Shown: positions 37,866-52,600 of the stretch, piece after piece
How the letters are laid out: each line of letters begins with the position of its first letter
Position numbering within the stretch: the stretch's first letter is position 1
Source of the DNA: Raillietiella orientalis
Lineage: Eukaryota
Assembly (NCBI GenBank): GCA_036172245.1
Contig: JAYWIR010000024.1
Location: 496,001-560,000 of the forward strand
DNA: 64,000 bases
Reading direction: 5' to 3'
Position numbers and translations under genes: made by a program
The notes under the pieces: generated by a model
Seen by the model: the letters and a program-made list of their open reading frames with translations, nothing else
Told to the model about the DNA's origin: nothing
Databases searched by the model: none

Positions 37866-38695
37866 CGCATAAATGAAGGTCTGTTTGATCCTTTTCAAAG
37901 TACAGACAACTAATGATATCAACGATAAGTATCTAGGATAACCAAGATGAACCTCCGGAAGATTATCAAGGACCAGGACCAAGACACCAGGGCCCTCCAA
38001 GAAGCCGCCGATCGCTACGGGAGTGATCAACCTGTTAGCGATCGGCACGACGCTATGGAGGAGCGACCTTCCGCCGGACACTCTGGGCGACCTCCTGATG
38101 TTCTATCATGGAGGAATCCAGAGCGGGTCCAGGCTCAAGCACTTCACCGGAAGACGGGAAGATGAAGACTGCATGGCATGTGATCGATACGAGACTTCAC
38201 GTCTTGACGTGTCCCACATTGATACACGACTGGCTGATCCTGAAAAGGATCATAGGACTAAACAACAAGTCTGTGATGGAAATCCTCGCCGGGATGTTCT
38301 AGGGAAATGGTAATGTTCCCTGCTTGGTAAGAACCCATGGTAAGAACGACCATCGCCCTCTTCATCACCGCCATACTTGTGCGGTGGTGGAAGATGAGGA
38401 AAGCGAGAAGAGCCGTACCCCCGATGGAGATCCTGCAAGGACTCATCAAGAGGGAGATCGGCATCAGGAACTGTGGACGAATCTATGCCTGGACGTACCG
38501 ATTCATCCTTAAGAGGATTGAGGACGACGCCCGGGACCAAACATCTGGAAACTCACCCTGAGTGCAGAACTTGTGACACCCCAAGGACTTCAAAGTGGTA
38601 GTATAGTGCCAGTAGTGTGAATGTGATTGTATTATGAATGTAATGTAAAATTGGAAAAATAAATTTACCTCACCTCTTGTGGGACTTGGGGAAAA
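37866..38695 (+). mobile_element. Non-LTR retrotransposon 3' segment (zinc-binding C-terminus and 3' UTR)
   Basis: LWRSDLPP..LMFYHGGI..RLKHF..CMACDRYET..H (zf-RVT/CCHC-like), then RWWKMR; AATAAA at ~38658. Confidence 0.7.
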
Positions 38696-40628
38696 CACGA
38701 TAAGTATTAAAGAACTCATATAAAGCGATGTTCATGGTTTTTTTTTTTTAATGAAACAAGTTTAGGAAGATGGAAATTTTATCAGAGTACGGCACAATAC
38801 TCGTAAGAATTTCCTCATTCCAAATTATTCATGTAAATATAAAGGCTATATAAATAGATTATCTTATATTTCTCATGCATTGTCGAGAGTTATAGTGTTT
38901 CATTTTCTTTTGCATCCAAAAGAAATCGACATGATATTTTGAGAATCGGGGATCCTCGAAATTCTGAAAGTGAATTGATGAAATAGAGTATTATTCTGAA
39001 GATCCAACTATATTAAAAAAAAAAAAAAATCGCAATGATGCACCTATTGAATATCATGTCAGAGTTGACACACTCATAATCGATTCATACAGAAAGATAG
39101 TTTACTAATGTTTGCTTTAATTGTGGTTATAAAATGTAAATATATAAAGCATTTTTATATTTTTAGTTCGGAAAACCTTTAGAAAACTGAATTCGCGAAA
39201 TGGTTCATCACTCGATTTTGAGGCTTACCAGTTATTTTCCGTGCACTGAAACTTCTGTGAACTGTGAAAGCTAGGTAGAGGTTATAAGTTGTTTAGAAGA
39301 AATGTATAGTTATTTATCTCATTCACATCTCTGATGCGACTGTAGTTTCGTTTAATAAGAATAAATGCTGGATGTATTTCAATGGAGTATTTATTTTTGC
39401 GAGTTTTTAGTTGAGTATTTTTGAGTTGGAATATACGAAACTCAAGAGCAGTGAGCTCATAACTGCTATGATTTCTAACTCTCTGATAATGATATTTATT
39501 AATTATTTCAATAGCCTCCATATGCGTTAAATCAAAAACAAAAGCTTAAAATTATGACGTCTCATGCATATACAGGCACTATGCATGTATCTGATATATT
39601 TACAACATGGGTCTTTTGCATTATTATAGGTACATCACTACATCCAATCTGGATCTCAGATGACTTTGTTTACAAATCTGTCAATATTACTCGGTTCTGT
39701 GATACAAAATTGATAATAATTACATGAACATCGATTTCCTTTGAATGAATTAGACAATATTGGAATGGTTGTTTACAAATATAATTAACAATTGTGGGAA
39801 GAATATGGAGAAACCAAGATGATTTTTCAAATGTGATTTCATCACAGATACAGGTCTTGTAACATCGTAATTATTTTTTCAAAGAAGGAAGATTATTGAA
39901 GGTCTGAATGATTATTAGCATAAGAAATCTAAAATAAGTGGTGGGATTCCTGTAAGGGGCAAATTTCAAATCGGCAAGCAGCATTTACGTGCATATGTTT
40001 TTATTTGCGAAGCGAACTCTGGCGAAGAAGGCAGTGCAATGCTGTGCTCTCCTAGCGTATTAACTCTATGCATCTTAGGAGATCCTTTTATATTTGATCT
40101 TTTCTTTTACATTCAAACCGCAAAAATCCATAGTAGTACATCCATATCACTTTGGAATGGTTGTGCTATGAATGGTATAATTCTTTGTATATCACATTAT
40201 CCTTAAAAGGACATATTAGGACGGTGTCATTTCTATAATTCAGTACCTGATAGTTGTAGGTTAATCTGGATTTGTAGTTTTCACACCAAGGTGTTATATT
40301 TAAGTAACCCAGTTTCAAGTTTTATGAAATCCATGACAAGCTACAAAAATTTCTGAATAAAGATGTACATGTCCTAGCAAAGTCATGAAACTATTATTTT
40401 GATTACCTCCCACCGATTTACTGTGAGTCATATCTGCACTAGGTGGATGCATCAAATAAATCTTATGCTTGATTGTAAGTCTGGATTTTTACCGTAAAAC
40501 CACCTTGAATCAATATGATGTAGTTGTGGAAGGAAACTTCCATAATTCTCAGAAAAAAAACTGCTATAAGAATGGTTGTTAGACCTGAATCTGATATGAT
40601 GTTACCACTTGCTTGATGTTTAGTAAAA

Positions 40629-43600
40629 ATGGGATTGACAGAAGTGTGTATGAACCTAATTTCAGATAAAGTACAAGAAAGAAAGGTAAGAATTAAATAT
40701 TTTGACCATTTATTTCTTTAATATATGAACTTATCTTTCACATACGCAGCCTTGCTCCAGATATTTAACTTTTAACTGCTGTTAAATATCTGTAGCAAGC
40801 TTGTTTTGTTAAATGGAAAATTTTCCATTCTACAAAACACTTTATTTTGATACCAGAGACAACTTTGAAAGTTTTTTCTTTCATTTTATGTTATGTTCAG
40901 AAGGCTTCTCAAGAACTTATAAATATTCTAAGCAATGAAGACATTTGTTTCAAATTGAATCAGTCATCTTCTAAAAAGCCATGGACTTGGACTCAAATAC
41001 TGGATTCTTTTGAGAAGCATTTCAATTTGGTCTGTATGAAATTAATCTTAGTAACCTTTTCCAAAAAGTAACTACAGGAAAAAATTAAACTGTTGAAAGA
41101 TGAAAAGAAACATGGAGGCAGTGAAAGTCGCAAACTTTGCATGGATTCCAAGAAAATTGTTGGTTTGCTGCTCCGAACAATTGTTGATAAGGCAAACTTT
41201 GGTTTGAAAATGAATTTTGAAACTGAATTTTTGCTCCTAATGAATTTCAGATAACAGTTTTATCATTTTCCAACAATTTTTTAATTCCCTGATTTTGCTT
41301 ATGCAAGACAGTGATGTCAGGAAATATTTTGTATGTGATCTCCTGTATGTTTTTCCAAAATTCTTGAAGCATAAGCAGCTCTCTTCTGGAATCGATCACC
41401 ACAAATATTTACGTAATACTAAATATTTAGCAATAAAAGATCTTTTTATTCAACTTTTTCAAAAGAATTATTAGAAATATGCCTTTATATTTTTGGTCAT
41501 CCATCCGAAGACACAGTTGAAATTCTTGTTATAACTGTTCTTGATAGTCTTTACCAAACTGTGACACAAAAGTATCCCATTTGTATGGAAGTGACCTGTG
41601 AATTTCTTTCAACCATCAAGAGCAAGATTTTAGATCCTCATTTTTCTTCAAAAAGTATCAGGTTTCAAGAATTAAACCTGACTCTTCTGTTTCATGTTAT
41701 TGAAGATGTAAGGTAGATTTGTTGTGTCCCTAGTGATTTTAAATAGTCAATTAGATTAAACTGAGTCACAGACAAACAAGTTGTAAAATTGGAGAGGAGG
41801 TTATTCCTGTGTTATTGAGTTTATGGACTAGCAATCCATCAGAAAAACTCAAGGTATGCATAAAAAAAATGAAATGAAAGCTCTGTAAATTCAAGTATTC
41901 TATTAAAAAATTTTCAGCATTTAATTCTTAAATTTTTTATTTTGCAAATGGCTGTGCATTACCCTTTTGGAACTCCACATTCAAATGTCAGATTTTGTAT
42001 GAATAATGAAGCATTATGGATCTCTATAGTGAAAAAGTTCTATCAAATCGTACTCAAAGAGATAAAGAATACTTTAACTCGTCAGAAATTTTCTGTCAAC
42101 AAAACTAATTTGAGTTCAGAATTTATGGAATTTTCAGTGGAAGTCTTAAATCAGGTTGGACTGCTTATTTTATATTTTTTCTGCATCATATGAAGGTACA
42201 AATCCATAAAGCAACCAAAGTGCACATTTAGTTTTGTCAATTCTTCATTTTATCTCTAAAGTCAAGTCTGTAATAAAGTAAAAAATTGTCTTTTTATATT
42301 AATCAAATAAATTTTTTCAATCTATAATTCATTAGATTTTATTCAATCTTATTTTTCCATTGCTGAATTATTTCCAATTCTTCGTTGTTGTTTTTTTAAT
42401 AATTGTTTTTTTTTGCACTTTCATATGATGTGTCTCCTTAAGTGATGCTTTTATAAGAGTTGAAGATTTTATGTAATCATAAGAAAAGTTCATAATTTCC
42501 AAAGTGGTAGTAAAAATGGGAGTAAAAAACTTTCAAGATTTTGAAATATTTGATTTAAAAACTAGACTTTGTGCACGATGATTTTTCTCTTTTTCCCAAG
42601 GTTTTTTGTATTCATAAATTTACGAAACTCTTGTTATACTTTCATGAAAAATATGTTCATATTTCTCTTTATGCATTGCATTTAGAATAAATACCTCTTT
42701 GAAATATCAGCAGCTGTAGAACTTTCAACTGATCTTGTAACCACAAGTCCAGTCAAAATTCAGTCAATTTGAGGCTAACATAAAATCTTGTAAGATTGGT
42801 TGATGTTTCAATGCACATACAAAAAATTGATAATCTTAAGATTGGGAAGTGCATTACAAAGATTCATAATCTTGATAAGATCCTTACTGTCTGTAAGCTT
42901 AAATTAATCAGAAATAAAGGAACACAGGAACAAAGTGAGGAATCCAGTGCTTCATTGAAGCTACAAATGTTAAAAGAAGAGTAATGTATGGAGAATTGAT
43001 CATTATTTAAATCATTATTCAAATGGTAGTAATAATTTAAAAACGGGAAAATAAAATTCATAAAGAGAGATTGTGCAAAAAAGGGTTTTTTCATGTTTGG
43101 AACACAAGTTACATAATGATTCGTTTCCCACATGTGGAAAAAACAACATTAGCAACAGCATGCTGCAGCAATCAGAACCTATCATGTAATCATTATTAAT
43201 GATTCACTGAATGAAGACAACTTGGGATCATTTACTTGGGATCCTTTATATTTTTTTCAGTTAATACATTTCAAATTTATTTTGAATGCTTTTTTCATTT
43301 TGGGTACTGAAGCTGCTATTTCATTCTATTATTCGTTGTTACCACTTAAGTTCTCTCAAATATCTTGTGGACACTTCATGATTGAGGTAAACATAAATTG
43401 GAGTGCTAGACATTTATGAAGCATACAATGTAATTAATCATAATTTCTTTAAAAGAATTCAGTTTATCTTTGAATAAAATGAATCATGTACTAAACAATA
43501 ATCAGTTCCAAAAGATTATCAGAAAGCATATACAGGGAAAGAACAACAAAACTGCATTTATGGTGGCATTGTAAGAAAAAGATGCATAAACAATAATACA

Positions 43601-46600
43601 GCATCCAGCTTCATGTTAGGATAATGCCATTATTGAACAATTGTAATTATATCAGTTATATCCAATCTAATGATATATTAAAGCTGATTTCTATCAACTG
43701 TTTTGGAAGCCAAATTTGTTAACAATTTAGGAAATTATTCAATTGCAATAACATAATATGGATCCAGTGGCATGAATGAAAGTAGAAACCTATGTAAGAA
43801 TGCATCAATGCATCCGAGTTTGGGAACCTTTCTACCTAAATTGATGGGAAAACTTTTAGAGAAATGATCCATTTCATTTTTTTCTGTATTATATGTATGT
43901 ATATCAAGAATAAGTAAATGGAAAAGAGATGCTCTGACAAATTCCTGTATTTGTGTATTCTGCGATCTTTATGGCACATTAAAATGGATGCTGTTATTTA
44001 AAATCGTTTTCTATTGATTTTCGTTAGGTTCCTTAACCTTAATGTTTTCGTTAGGTAAATATGGATAGATTGAATCAAGTTGTTTGGTTTTCTCGTTTTT
44101 GACTGTTTAACTTACGTATGAAATTTGCTTTGCTTTTTTGATCTAATATGCATTCCAATATTTGGATGTTTAGTTTTTCTGCCCCTTCTGTGATTATAAT
44201 TTCTTTTTAAGATCTTATCTCTGGAAGATGATAATTATGAACACCCACCTGCTAAAAGAGGAAATATCGTAGGTCGAAATTCATTCTTTGAAAAACTGAA
44301 GAATTGTAAAAGTTCAGAAGAGGCAGTTTTGTGGTAAGTTATGATTATAGAGACATCAATATACAGAGGAATTCAGGATGCAGTTGGCTGGATCTCTGTT
44401 TGAGAAATATCCTCATAATGTTAATCAATCTTCAATTGATCTTTGCCAGCATATATTGACACTATTACAGGGTTGCATAAGTCCATTGTTACTAAAATAT
44501 TGTGTCAAGGTCTTATGCACTGTGCTTAAGAAATTAGAGGTACAACCGTTAACGGGCTTTCTTCCCTCACTGTCAGTACTTGGATTCAGGTATGTATTTT
44601 TGAAATGATTCCTATAGAATGTTTATAACCTGAAGACTTTTGGAAACTTCACCCTGTGAAGCTAATGCAATATTGCAAATGTTAAAAAATGATGTAAAGT
44701 TGCGATATCAAGCTATCCAAAAAATTTTCCATCATCCAATTCATCCTGACTCTGCTGTTACACTTCTTTCTTTGTGTAAGCTTCAACCATTGTCTCGGGA
44801 TTGCAAGTTACAACTTATAGAATGGCTGTTTCCGTGGAAAACACACAAGGATATTGATGTGCAAAGTTGTAGTTGGATGATTATTAATCACAGAATCTTT
44901 AGTGGACTTCTATGTGTTTTATTACACCCATTTACAGGAATTGTTGAGCATCAGACAGAATGTGCAGACAGTTTTTTACAAGCATTGTTAAAAACATATT
45001 TGCTGAACAATTTTGAAGCAGTGCTTCCATATTCGAAAATACTACATAGATGTGTATCACCTTTGGAAATTTCAGGCAAATGCTTGCCAAGTATCTTGCA
45101 CTCCATAGCTAGTTATGTTAATCAAACTACTGAAATGTTACTGCGTGTATGCACTCAACAATCAAATATTCTTAGCCATTTTGGTGTTATTTTGATAGAA
45201 ATCCTATTAATTTCGAAAAATGCCTCTGAGACTGTTGATAACTCTTCATGTTCTGGAAGCTAGTAAGACATTCAATTTTAGGAAGCATAATCTCTCTCAA
45301 GTAATATTGTATTAACTTCTTTGCAGCAGATATGTTTTTCTCTGGAAAAGGGCTTTAGGGAACAACCTAGTATTCATCATCAAATACAGTATTTGGAAAG
45401 TTTCAAGGAGTTATTTGCAAGTCATGATGGCAGTCAAGAAGAAATCTGCACATTACTTGTCAAAAGTTTTTCTTCAGAACTAATTAGAACATTATTGGCT
45501 GTTATGAAATCTACGTTATGCAGCATAAGTATTTAATGTGTTGGGAGTTATGTATTTTTCACTGAATGGATATGAAGGATCTAGGCAGCAGGCACAGACT
45601 TATCACTTACTTGATGATGATTTTGCTGATTCAGATGATGATGATGTAAAAGATTCGTGTCAACATAGGAATAAATCTTCAAGTGAAGATGCATCAATGT
45701 ATGAAATTTCTTCTCTTACGTTTGAAGGTTGTGTTCTGATGATTATCTGTATCCTCACTTATATTACAAGTGTAGATCATGTACTTAATGATGATACCGC
45801 AGAAGAAACGATGGCTTTATCCCTAGCTTTAGAAGTTGCTTGTTTATTTTGTATTATTCCTGCGCATTCTTTTCGTAGTCATGTATTGGATTTTATTGAA
45901 GAGGATCTTTGTCCTAGCCAAGAAATTCCTCCTTGGCATCAAATAGTAAACCAAAGCCAAACTTACACGAATGTTACCGAATTGCGATTTGCAGATGATG
46001 TCTTTCTTGAGATATTCTTCAACTTGGTTGCATGCTGAAGAAGAAGAAATTGATGCATTACTGATTGTGGTACAACAGTTATGGGCACTTAGTAAAACTG
46101 AACAACAGATTCTGGATTTGCTTCATCTGTTGTCTGGATATGCGCAGATAGCTTGTGCAAATACTGAAAGAAATAGAAGGCGTTTTATTTCTTTGGCAGA
46201 AACTTTTCGGAAAGAATTGTTGCTTGGGAAATGTGGCCAGACTGGTTTAAAGGCATGGATTGCATTCTTACTTGAGTTGACAAAGACTTTTTGCAAGGTT
46301 TGTGTTTGAAAGCAGAAGATCTCACTAAGGTTTCCTAGCTTCATTCAGATATTAGCAGATACATAACGGAGTTACTGACACAAAAAAATGTGTCTTTTGA
46401 AGTCCAAATTCATATCTTACAATTACTTCCGTGGCTGTTTCAAGACTCCGATGGTTACTTACCATGTGAGAGGCAAAAACAAGGCTTTTCAGTATTTGAA
46501 AAAATATTTATGGATGAGGTAGGAAGTCACTAGAGGAATTTATCTTCATTTGATATAAGAAAACGGAAGAGGCTGCTGATGTATCTTTACTGTTGTTGGG

Positions 46601-49600
46601 CTTGAAAATGATTGTTGAATTGAGTCCTGTTTCCCAGTGCAAGGCGCTCTACTGGTTTCTTTTACTGTATAACAAACTAGGTTCTCACAGAGGTATTTTG
46701 GAAAATCTGTTACCATTTGCTAATGCATTACAATTTTAGAATTAATTAAGCTAGCATTTAATGGCATACTTACTTCTTTAAGATATTGTGGAAATGAAGT
46801 AACATTGTTTTATCGATGGCATTTTCCTTCCTTGATCCACCACTGGATTCATAATGGAAAGAATTTGCTTACATTTCCAGTCTCCTTATTCGAATCGTTA
46901 TCTCAAAAAGAATTTTTCAAGAAGACATTGATCTGGATTATTCCAGAATTGATGATTGTAGACAAGATGACCTGTCTTCAAGAAATCATTATTAATTGTC
47001 AATTAGATATGCAGGAGGTGATAAAGGTATTTGTATCCATATGATAACTGCGTAAGTAAACTAAAACTGAGATATTTTTAGGATGCTAGTCCTTTTCTTA
47101 TGGCAATGTCATATTTGTTACAGCATACAAACCAAGCTTCAGATCTGTGTAATCGTTTGCACAGTTTGTTGGCTTCCCTGGAATGGATTGCAGATGGGGA
47201 AAAAAAATTTTTTCAGATGTTAGTACCTATGATTGATATGCTCCATGAAAATCATGAATTGGAATCTCCAGAACCATTTCCAATGTATTTCTCCAAATCG
47301 ATAATTATTGAAGCCATTACATCTCAGAACCAAAAGCTATCTTCTAAGAAGTCATCCAGTTTGAGTGTTATGCTCTCCAAATCTGAAGAAGTACTTACAT
47401 TGTTAATGCATTTTGTGGAACAATTTCAAAAAGCAAAGCAAGATTACCATAAAATTCAGTCGCTCCGAAAACATAATTTGGTTTTGGAACTGATTTTTTC
47501 ACACAAGGAAATTTTAAAATTCAACCAAAATTTTTTCTTTTTTTATCGTATTGCATTGATTCATTTGATGCATGTTGTTCAGTTCTCAGAAGGATCTGTG
47601 CAAAGTTATGCCTGCCATGTGCTGACAGAGTTCTGTTCATTAACTTTGGTTGATTTGTTGGAACTTTCCGAACTCTTTTATGCTGCTTTGCACACACTTA
47701 TCCGTGTAATCAGTACATCGCAACCTCGAATTACACATCTTTTAGTTTCTTTCCTACGCAACAATGTTTCATACTTTACAGATTTTGTATTAGACTTGAA
47801 TCCATTTCCATCAGGAAAACTTTTTGAAGAAGCCATACAAATCTGGAAAACTGTTATGAGTAAATGCCCTGAACATTTATCTTTATCAGTAAGTAGATAT
47901 ATGCATATGGCAGTAACAGTGTTTTACTAGAATGTTGTGGAGTATTTTGTGCAAAATCAGAAGTACAGTCTGGAAGTTTATGCACTTCACAAGCACTTGC
48001 GTAATAATCATTCCAAAGTAGAATTATTAAGCGAGCATATTGTGCAAACATTAATTTCTGTCTTGGTTCGGCTTGCAAAACAAGGAAACAAAGATGTGAA
48101 TTTATCTGCGTGCCTTTGTTTGGGAGAATTGCAATCCATCAAGTTGGATGGTAAACTGATGGACTCTACAATTCCTTGGCAGAAACATTTGATAGACTGT
48201 CTTTATGATTCCGAAGTTGATGTAGTTTACAAAGCCTTTGATATTTTGAAAGCCATCAGGAAATCAGGAAATGATTGCTGGAAAATAGAAAGTATGCTGA
48301 TGCAATTGCATGTAATGCAACACAAATGTGCTATTTGTAGATTGCAATAGCACCTATTTGTTGACCATGGAATTTTTTAAATCTTGTGTCAGTCAAAGAA
48401 AGTGCATGACATCTAAAGGATTTGACAGAGAACTTTTCAGATCTAAAATAGATAACTCCAGTCTTTGGCTTCCAATGACTAAGAAATACGAAATTTGGAT
48501 TAAGGAATTGGTGTGTGCATTGATTGATTCTTCTGCTGTTGTCAATGAAGAGTTAGTGTGCTTACGTCCACTTTGTGAATTAAAGGTAGTTGATGTAGTT
48601 TTTTTGGTTTATTCCACAATTGTGCAACTGTTTTTAGGTAGAGCTTTGTGAGTCTCTGCTACCGTTATTCATATTCCAAGCTTTTTCCATTAAGGATGAA
48701 CGAGTGTCAGCAATTTTGCTGCATAATCTTCAAATGTTCTTCAATAGTTTTGTGGGAACATTGCCTAATTCTCCATCATTTAACATGTGCACTCGAGTTT
48801 TGCTCAAAGCTATCCATCTTCTGAACAAGTAAAGTATTTCTACGTTTTATTGAGGTCATTTTTTCTAATAAGTTTACCTTGTCGTAAATTGGATTATCTT
48901 GTCATTGCTGAAGCAGCTAATATGTGTGGAGCTTACTATAGTGCTATTCAAGCTGCTGAGTTGTGGTGCTATCAGCAACTTATTGAAATTCCTTCTGAAG
49001 TTTTAGTAGATATTAATATCCAGAGTAAAAGTATTCTGGAAATTATTTACTTCAGGACAGGAGATAATGCCCAGCGCATTCAGTGCATTTTGCAAAAGGT
49101 ATTCAGAATGAGTATAAAATATGAGGCTAATCAAATTGTTAACTAGGCATTTGGTGCCATTGGTGATGACGATGCTGTTTTAGGCTCTGTTTTAACAAAT
49201 GTTGAAAATCTGCACGTCCAAATACGAAGTCATCTAGAATACGAGAAACACTGGGAAAAATTGCTTTTCGAAAGTGATCTTTTGAGTTTTTTGGATAAAA
49301 TGGAATCAACTAGAGGTGCTGAATTATTTCAGTGACAGCATATCTTTGTTGATTTCTTTTCAGAAATGATGAGAGCATTGCAACAAGGCTGTTTATTTCA
49401 AACATGTAGTAATCTTGCTTGTCATTTTATTGATATGTGGGAAGACCCACCAGCTTGGTTGACTGAAGCACAGTATTATTGCTTGTGGAATTTGGGACAG
49501 TGGAACACTGTTAACCTTCCATTTGAGGCATCAATGTCAGGTTTTAATCAAGTTGTTTATAGTTCGTTGCAAAGAATAGCGGAAGATGACTTTGATTCTG

Positions 49601-52600
49601 TTTCTGAATGGCTCATGTCAGGCTGGCATATGTTGCACCAGAAATTGCAGGAGTTGAGCCTTGAAAGCTCTTCGGAGATCTTTAACACGTTGCATCAAAT
49701 GCAGGTCTTTTAATTGTTGTTAATTGAAGTTAGTCAGTTCCTGTAGCTTTTCAAAGAGTTGGAGGAGGATGCTCACATTTTACAAACCAGAGACATAGCA
49801 CAAATAGATCAGTTGATACAAAAATGGGAGAGGGAAACAACATCAACTAACCATTTTGAAAAATGGCATTTGCGGTGTTCGATTTTGAAAGCTGCAGCAG
49901 TTGATAGCAGTTACATTTCCAAAACGTTATTGCATACTTGTAGAATATCACAGAAAGAAGAAAAGTTCAATGCTGCATTGATTTGTATAAGTAAGCACTC
50001 TGCTCATTGGAGTATCAAATAATTAGTTATTCTGTAGTGGAATTGCATCAGCTCTTTGGTGAATCTAATCATGTTCTCAAGTGGGAAACTTATTTTGAAG
50101 AGGCTTGCATCAGGTGGATGAAAAATGAACACGAGCGTGGCATATGTTTGCTGATGTCACTGTTGAACAAATTAGAGCCTAATCATGAAAAAAACAACAA
50201 GAATTTAAAATTGTTTTGTCGAACCTTGATCACATTAGGAACATGGTTAGATAAGGATAAACGAGAAAATACTCAGTATATCATCAACCGGTAAAAATCC
50301 AGCGTATTTGAGAACTAGTTGATAAAATTATGCAATCCAGGTATGTACAGCGAGCAGCAAACTTACTAGTCAAGGAGCATGCTGATCACAGTTTATTAAT
50401 GGAAGCATATGCTGCTTTGGCACAATTGGCCGATAATCACTATCAGCAAATTCAAACTTACATTAATTCAGACATATATGAAAGCAAATGTTCTATTTTA
50501 CAAAAAAACAAACAAGCTGCTGATGAGCTACGAAGTGCTTCAAAGAAAACTTCAAGCATTGATCAAAGAAAAGCTCTCATGACTTTACAAGGGAATTGTG
50601 AAATAGATGAAAAAGAACTGCAACTTAGTAAGAATGAATGTCATCAATATTTATGCATGGCCATTGAGTACTATCTATTGACACTTCGTCATAGTGATGT
50701 ATATGATCTTTATGTTTTCCGTGTTATGTCCTTGTGGCTAAAAAATGAAAGCTCGAAAGATGTCAATAGCATGGTGGAAAGAAATTTGTTCCTGATACCT
50801 TACCATAAACTTGTACCCTTATTTCCGCAGTTAACTGCACGGTTAACTTCAGGAATAAACTGCATGGCCAAGGAAATATTATCAAGAATTACAGGTATCA
50901 AACATCTAGTTTTTCTCAATAAACTAAAGTGCAGAATAAAGGTACTTACCCAATTAGTGAACTACATAGCATTCCGATTAATAGATTCATTTATTGTTTA
51001 ATTTTAATTTTTTTATTTTATGTATTTAATTCCCACATAATAATCACGCATTGGCGATTATTATAACTATAATACGTGTTTGGTCTTTCAATTTTAGAAA
51101 AAATTGCAGGAACTCATCCATATCATTGCATTCCATCTTTAATGGCCATTGTTCTGGCCCAGAAAGATAAGAATGATGCAACTACATCCCATGCTTCGGA
51201 TATTGTTCGTTCTTACATACACAAAAGAATTATTCAAAGTTTGCTTCAAACCAAGTGGAATTTTTATATAAATCAGCTGGAAGGTCTTTCCACAGATCTA
51301 ATACTGTTAGCTAATGAAAATGATAGTAAATTGAATGTTGGTAAGATCTATTTCCAATAGCAGTTCATTTTTTCAAATAGCATTTATGGATAGCATTTCC
51401 AAAAGCATTTGTTTCACATTTTACTTCAAGCTTATTTTTGAAAATGACTTTAGAGTCTTCATTTCATACATAGTTTATTTGAGTGCTTGAAAGTAACATA
51501 GTCTTTTGAAGTTGAATGCTTCAAGTTTGTATCTATGAAAGTTTAGATTCTGAAATGCAAATGCAATAATAACAGTTAAAATAAATTTTTTTTCAATTCC
51601 TTATTAGCATTTGGAAAATAATAAATTGGTACACTCATGAATATTAAAATGTTTTTAATTCAGTTACTTTACAAAGATAGTTAAGAGTATTCAAGGTCGA
51701 TTACTAGGAGGAAAAGCATAACTTGGAGTTCAGTATAGCTCCTCATTTAATTTTGTTAAGTTATGTAATCTTTGAAAGTCGGTCTTGAAAGCTCAATGTA
51801 GGAAGAAAAGTAAAAACTAAAACATTTTTAGTCTGCAAAAATGGTTTTGAAGTCACCTTAAATGTTTTAAGTTGCTGAACTATTGAACTGGACCATGCAG
51901 TCTCTGCATGTAATTTTTCAAGGAGCATAGATAAATTAATGTAAACATTCTTACAACAGTGATAGGTGATGCTATGATGGTAACTTCATTGGACGTCATA
52001 CATCACACCAGTATTTGCTGAAACTGCTGTAAACAATGTAAACTTTTGTCCTGTTGTGCATGTTTGCAAGGCAGGTGTTGGCAAAAAATTTGATTTGAGC
52101 AATAGAATACTTAACATTTCTGATGTGCCATATTCAATTCCACGAGTGTGGATTATTTTATCCGAGATGCAAAAAGAGATGTGAAGCCAAGTCAAGAAAA
52201 TTTAAATAGTTGCTGGAAAAACTGAAAATATAGGAGAAAGGCAAATAAAGTTGACAGCAAACATGCAGCCAGCAAATTTTTGATCTAGTTTAAGGATAGC
52301 AAAATGAATAAAGAGGTCAAAGTTTAGAAGATGAAAAGCTGTAGGAATCCTCACTGAGAGATGAGCATTAGGAATGAAAAACTGGCATTTTTTTTTTTAA
52401 ATTAGGAGGTAGTTAGAGGCAATGTTCAAGAAGATGCATATTTGCCATATTAATGCAACCAGAATATTTCCAAGAAATTTTCAGGTGGTTTGTGATTACA
52501 GACTTTTTAAAAAAATCCCGAAGTTGCATTAATTTAAGCAGAATGAAACTGAAAGATAGATTTAGAGGGATTCAGAAATGTGAACACTTTCAAGTCCTTT

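Noticed and set aside
37032..38713. 12-bp inverted match TCTTTAATACTT / AAGTATTAAAGA flanking the retroelement as possible TIRs
   Set aside because: Short, AT-rich and not extendable; non-LTR elements lack TIRs and chance is likely.
45261..45263. Apparent premature stop suggesting an ATM pseudogene
   Set aside because: Resolved by a canonical 39-nt GTAAGA...CAAG intron (45263-45301) that restores the frame; kinase and FATC motifs are intact.
51700..51850. FAD*- and GAIL-like RT motifs on the minus strand of the large ATM intron
   Set aside because: Motif order is wrong for an RT and similarity is too weak to call.
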